Source: an uncultured delta proteobacterium
Lineage (GTDB): Bacteria > Desulfobacterota > Desulfobacteria > Desulfobacterales > UBA2156
Assembly (NCBI GenBank): GCA_963736855.1
Contig: CAVTQK010000009.1
Span: 480,001-544,000 of the forward strand
Reading direction: 5' to 3'
Length of the DNA: 64,000 bases
Shown piece after piece: positions 60,692 through 64,000 of the stretch (the first letter of the stretch is position 1; each line of letters opens with the position of its first letter). The position numbers were made by a program, and so were the translations under genes. The notes beneath the pieces were generated by a model, which was not told the origin of the DNA, ran no database searches, and saw nothing but the letters and a program-made list of their open reading frames with translations.

Positions 60692-60707
60692 ATACCATAT
60701 ATAGTGT
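60692..60707. promoter_or_regulatory. NrdR-box-like site
   Basis: ATACCATATATAGTGT matches the NrdR consensus ACACWATATATWGTGT at 14 of 16 positions. Confidence 0.5.
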
Positions 60708-60962
60708 CTTTTTATTTTTATTCCCTCGGCTTGATGAAGAACCGTTTACATCGTGTAGAAACCCTGTCAATTTCAAGGTGGTTTTTGAACACTTAAAATA
60801 TCGATATTGATAACTGAGAATAAATTTACATGGAATCAACAATTTCATATTGGTTCATTTATCGATAATTAGTTGTTAAATGAATGGGTTGGAATTATAA
60901 TATCTATTTTAACACGGCATTATTAAATTCTTTCTTAAATATAATATAAAAAGGAAAGAGCC

Positions 60963-64000
<3,038 letters not shown>

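Overview
Chromosomal window from a sulfate-reducing deltaproteobacterium (Desulfobacterota; Desulfobacterales-like by gene content, an inference). Left part (1-13.2 kb): moaE/moaC, mltA, tatA/B-tatC, a tetraheme cytochrome c3, a reductive-type dsrABD-dsrN operon with a clean sigma70 promoter, a TPR protein, dapA and a YkgJ protein. Right part (53-64 kb): ilvE, a eukaryote-type UGPase, slt, cutA, an EndoQ/PHP-UvrD fusion, and dnaN-gyrB with no adjacent dnaA or recF. Between them lies a ~40 kb accessory metabolic region with three parts. (i) A tightly packed D-amino-acid/amide-ligase cluster: class IV transaminase, alr, CapA, Glu racemase, Ddl-like ATP-grasp ligase and formylglutamate-amidohydrolase-like peptidase. 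(ii) A HutC-type GntR unit (atypical transketolase, transaldolase-like protein, ald, HisC-like transaminase) linked by an identical 16-bp operator to a divergent choline/ethanolamine kinase and TRAP transporter. This is the best candidate for an undescribed amino-alcohol catabolic pathway. (iii) A phospho-headgroup block: four HAD hydrolases, a GcvT-family oxidoreductase, two ABC transporters, a GlpA-like trio, Pit/DUF47 and an ATPase-fold XRE regulator. Several genes carry single-base frameshifts, which look like long-read consensus errors. No rRNA, tRNA, CRISPR array or intact mobile element was seen. All family calls come from motif recognition; no database search was run.
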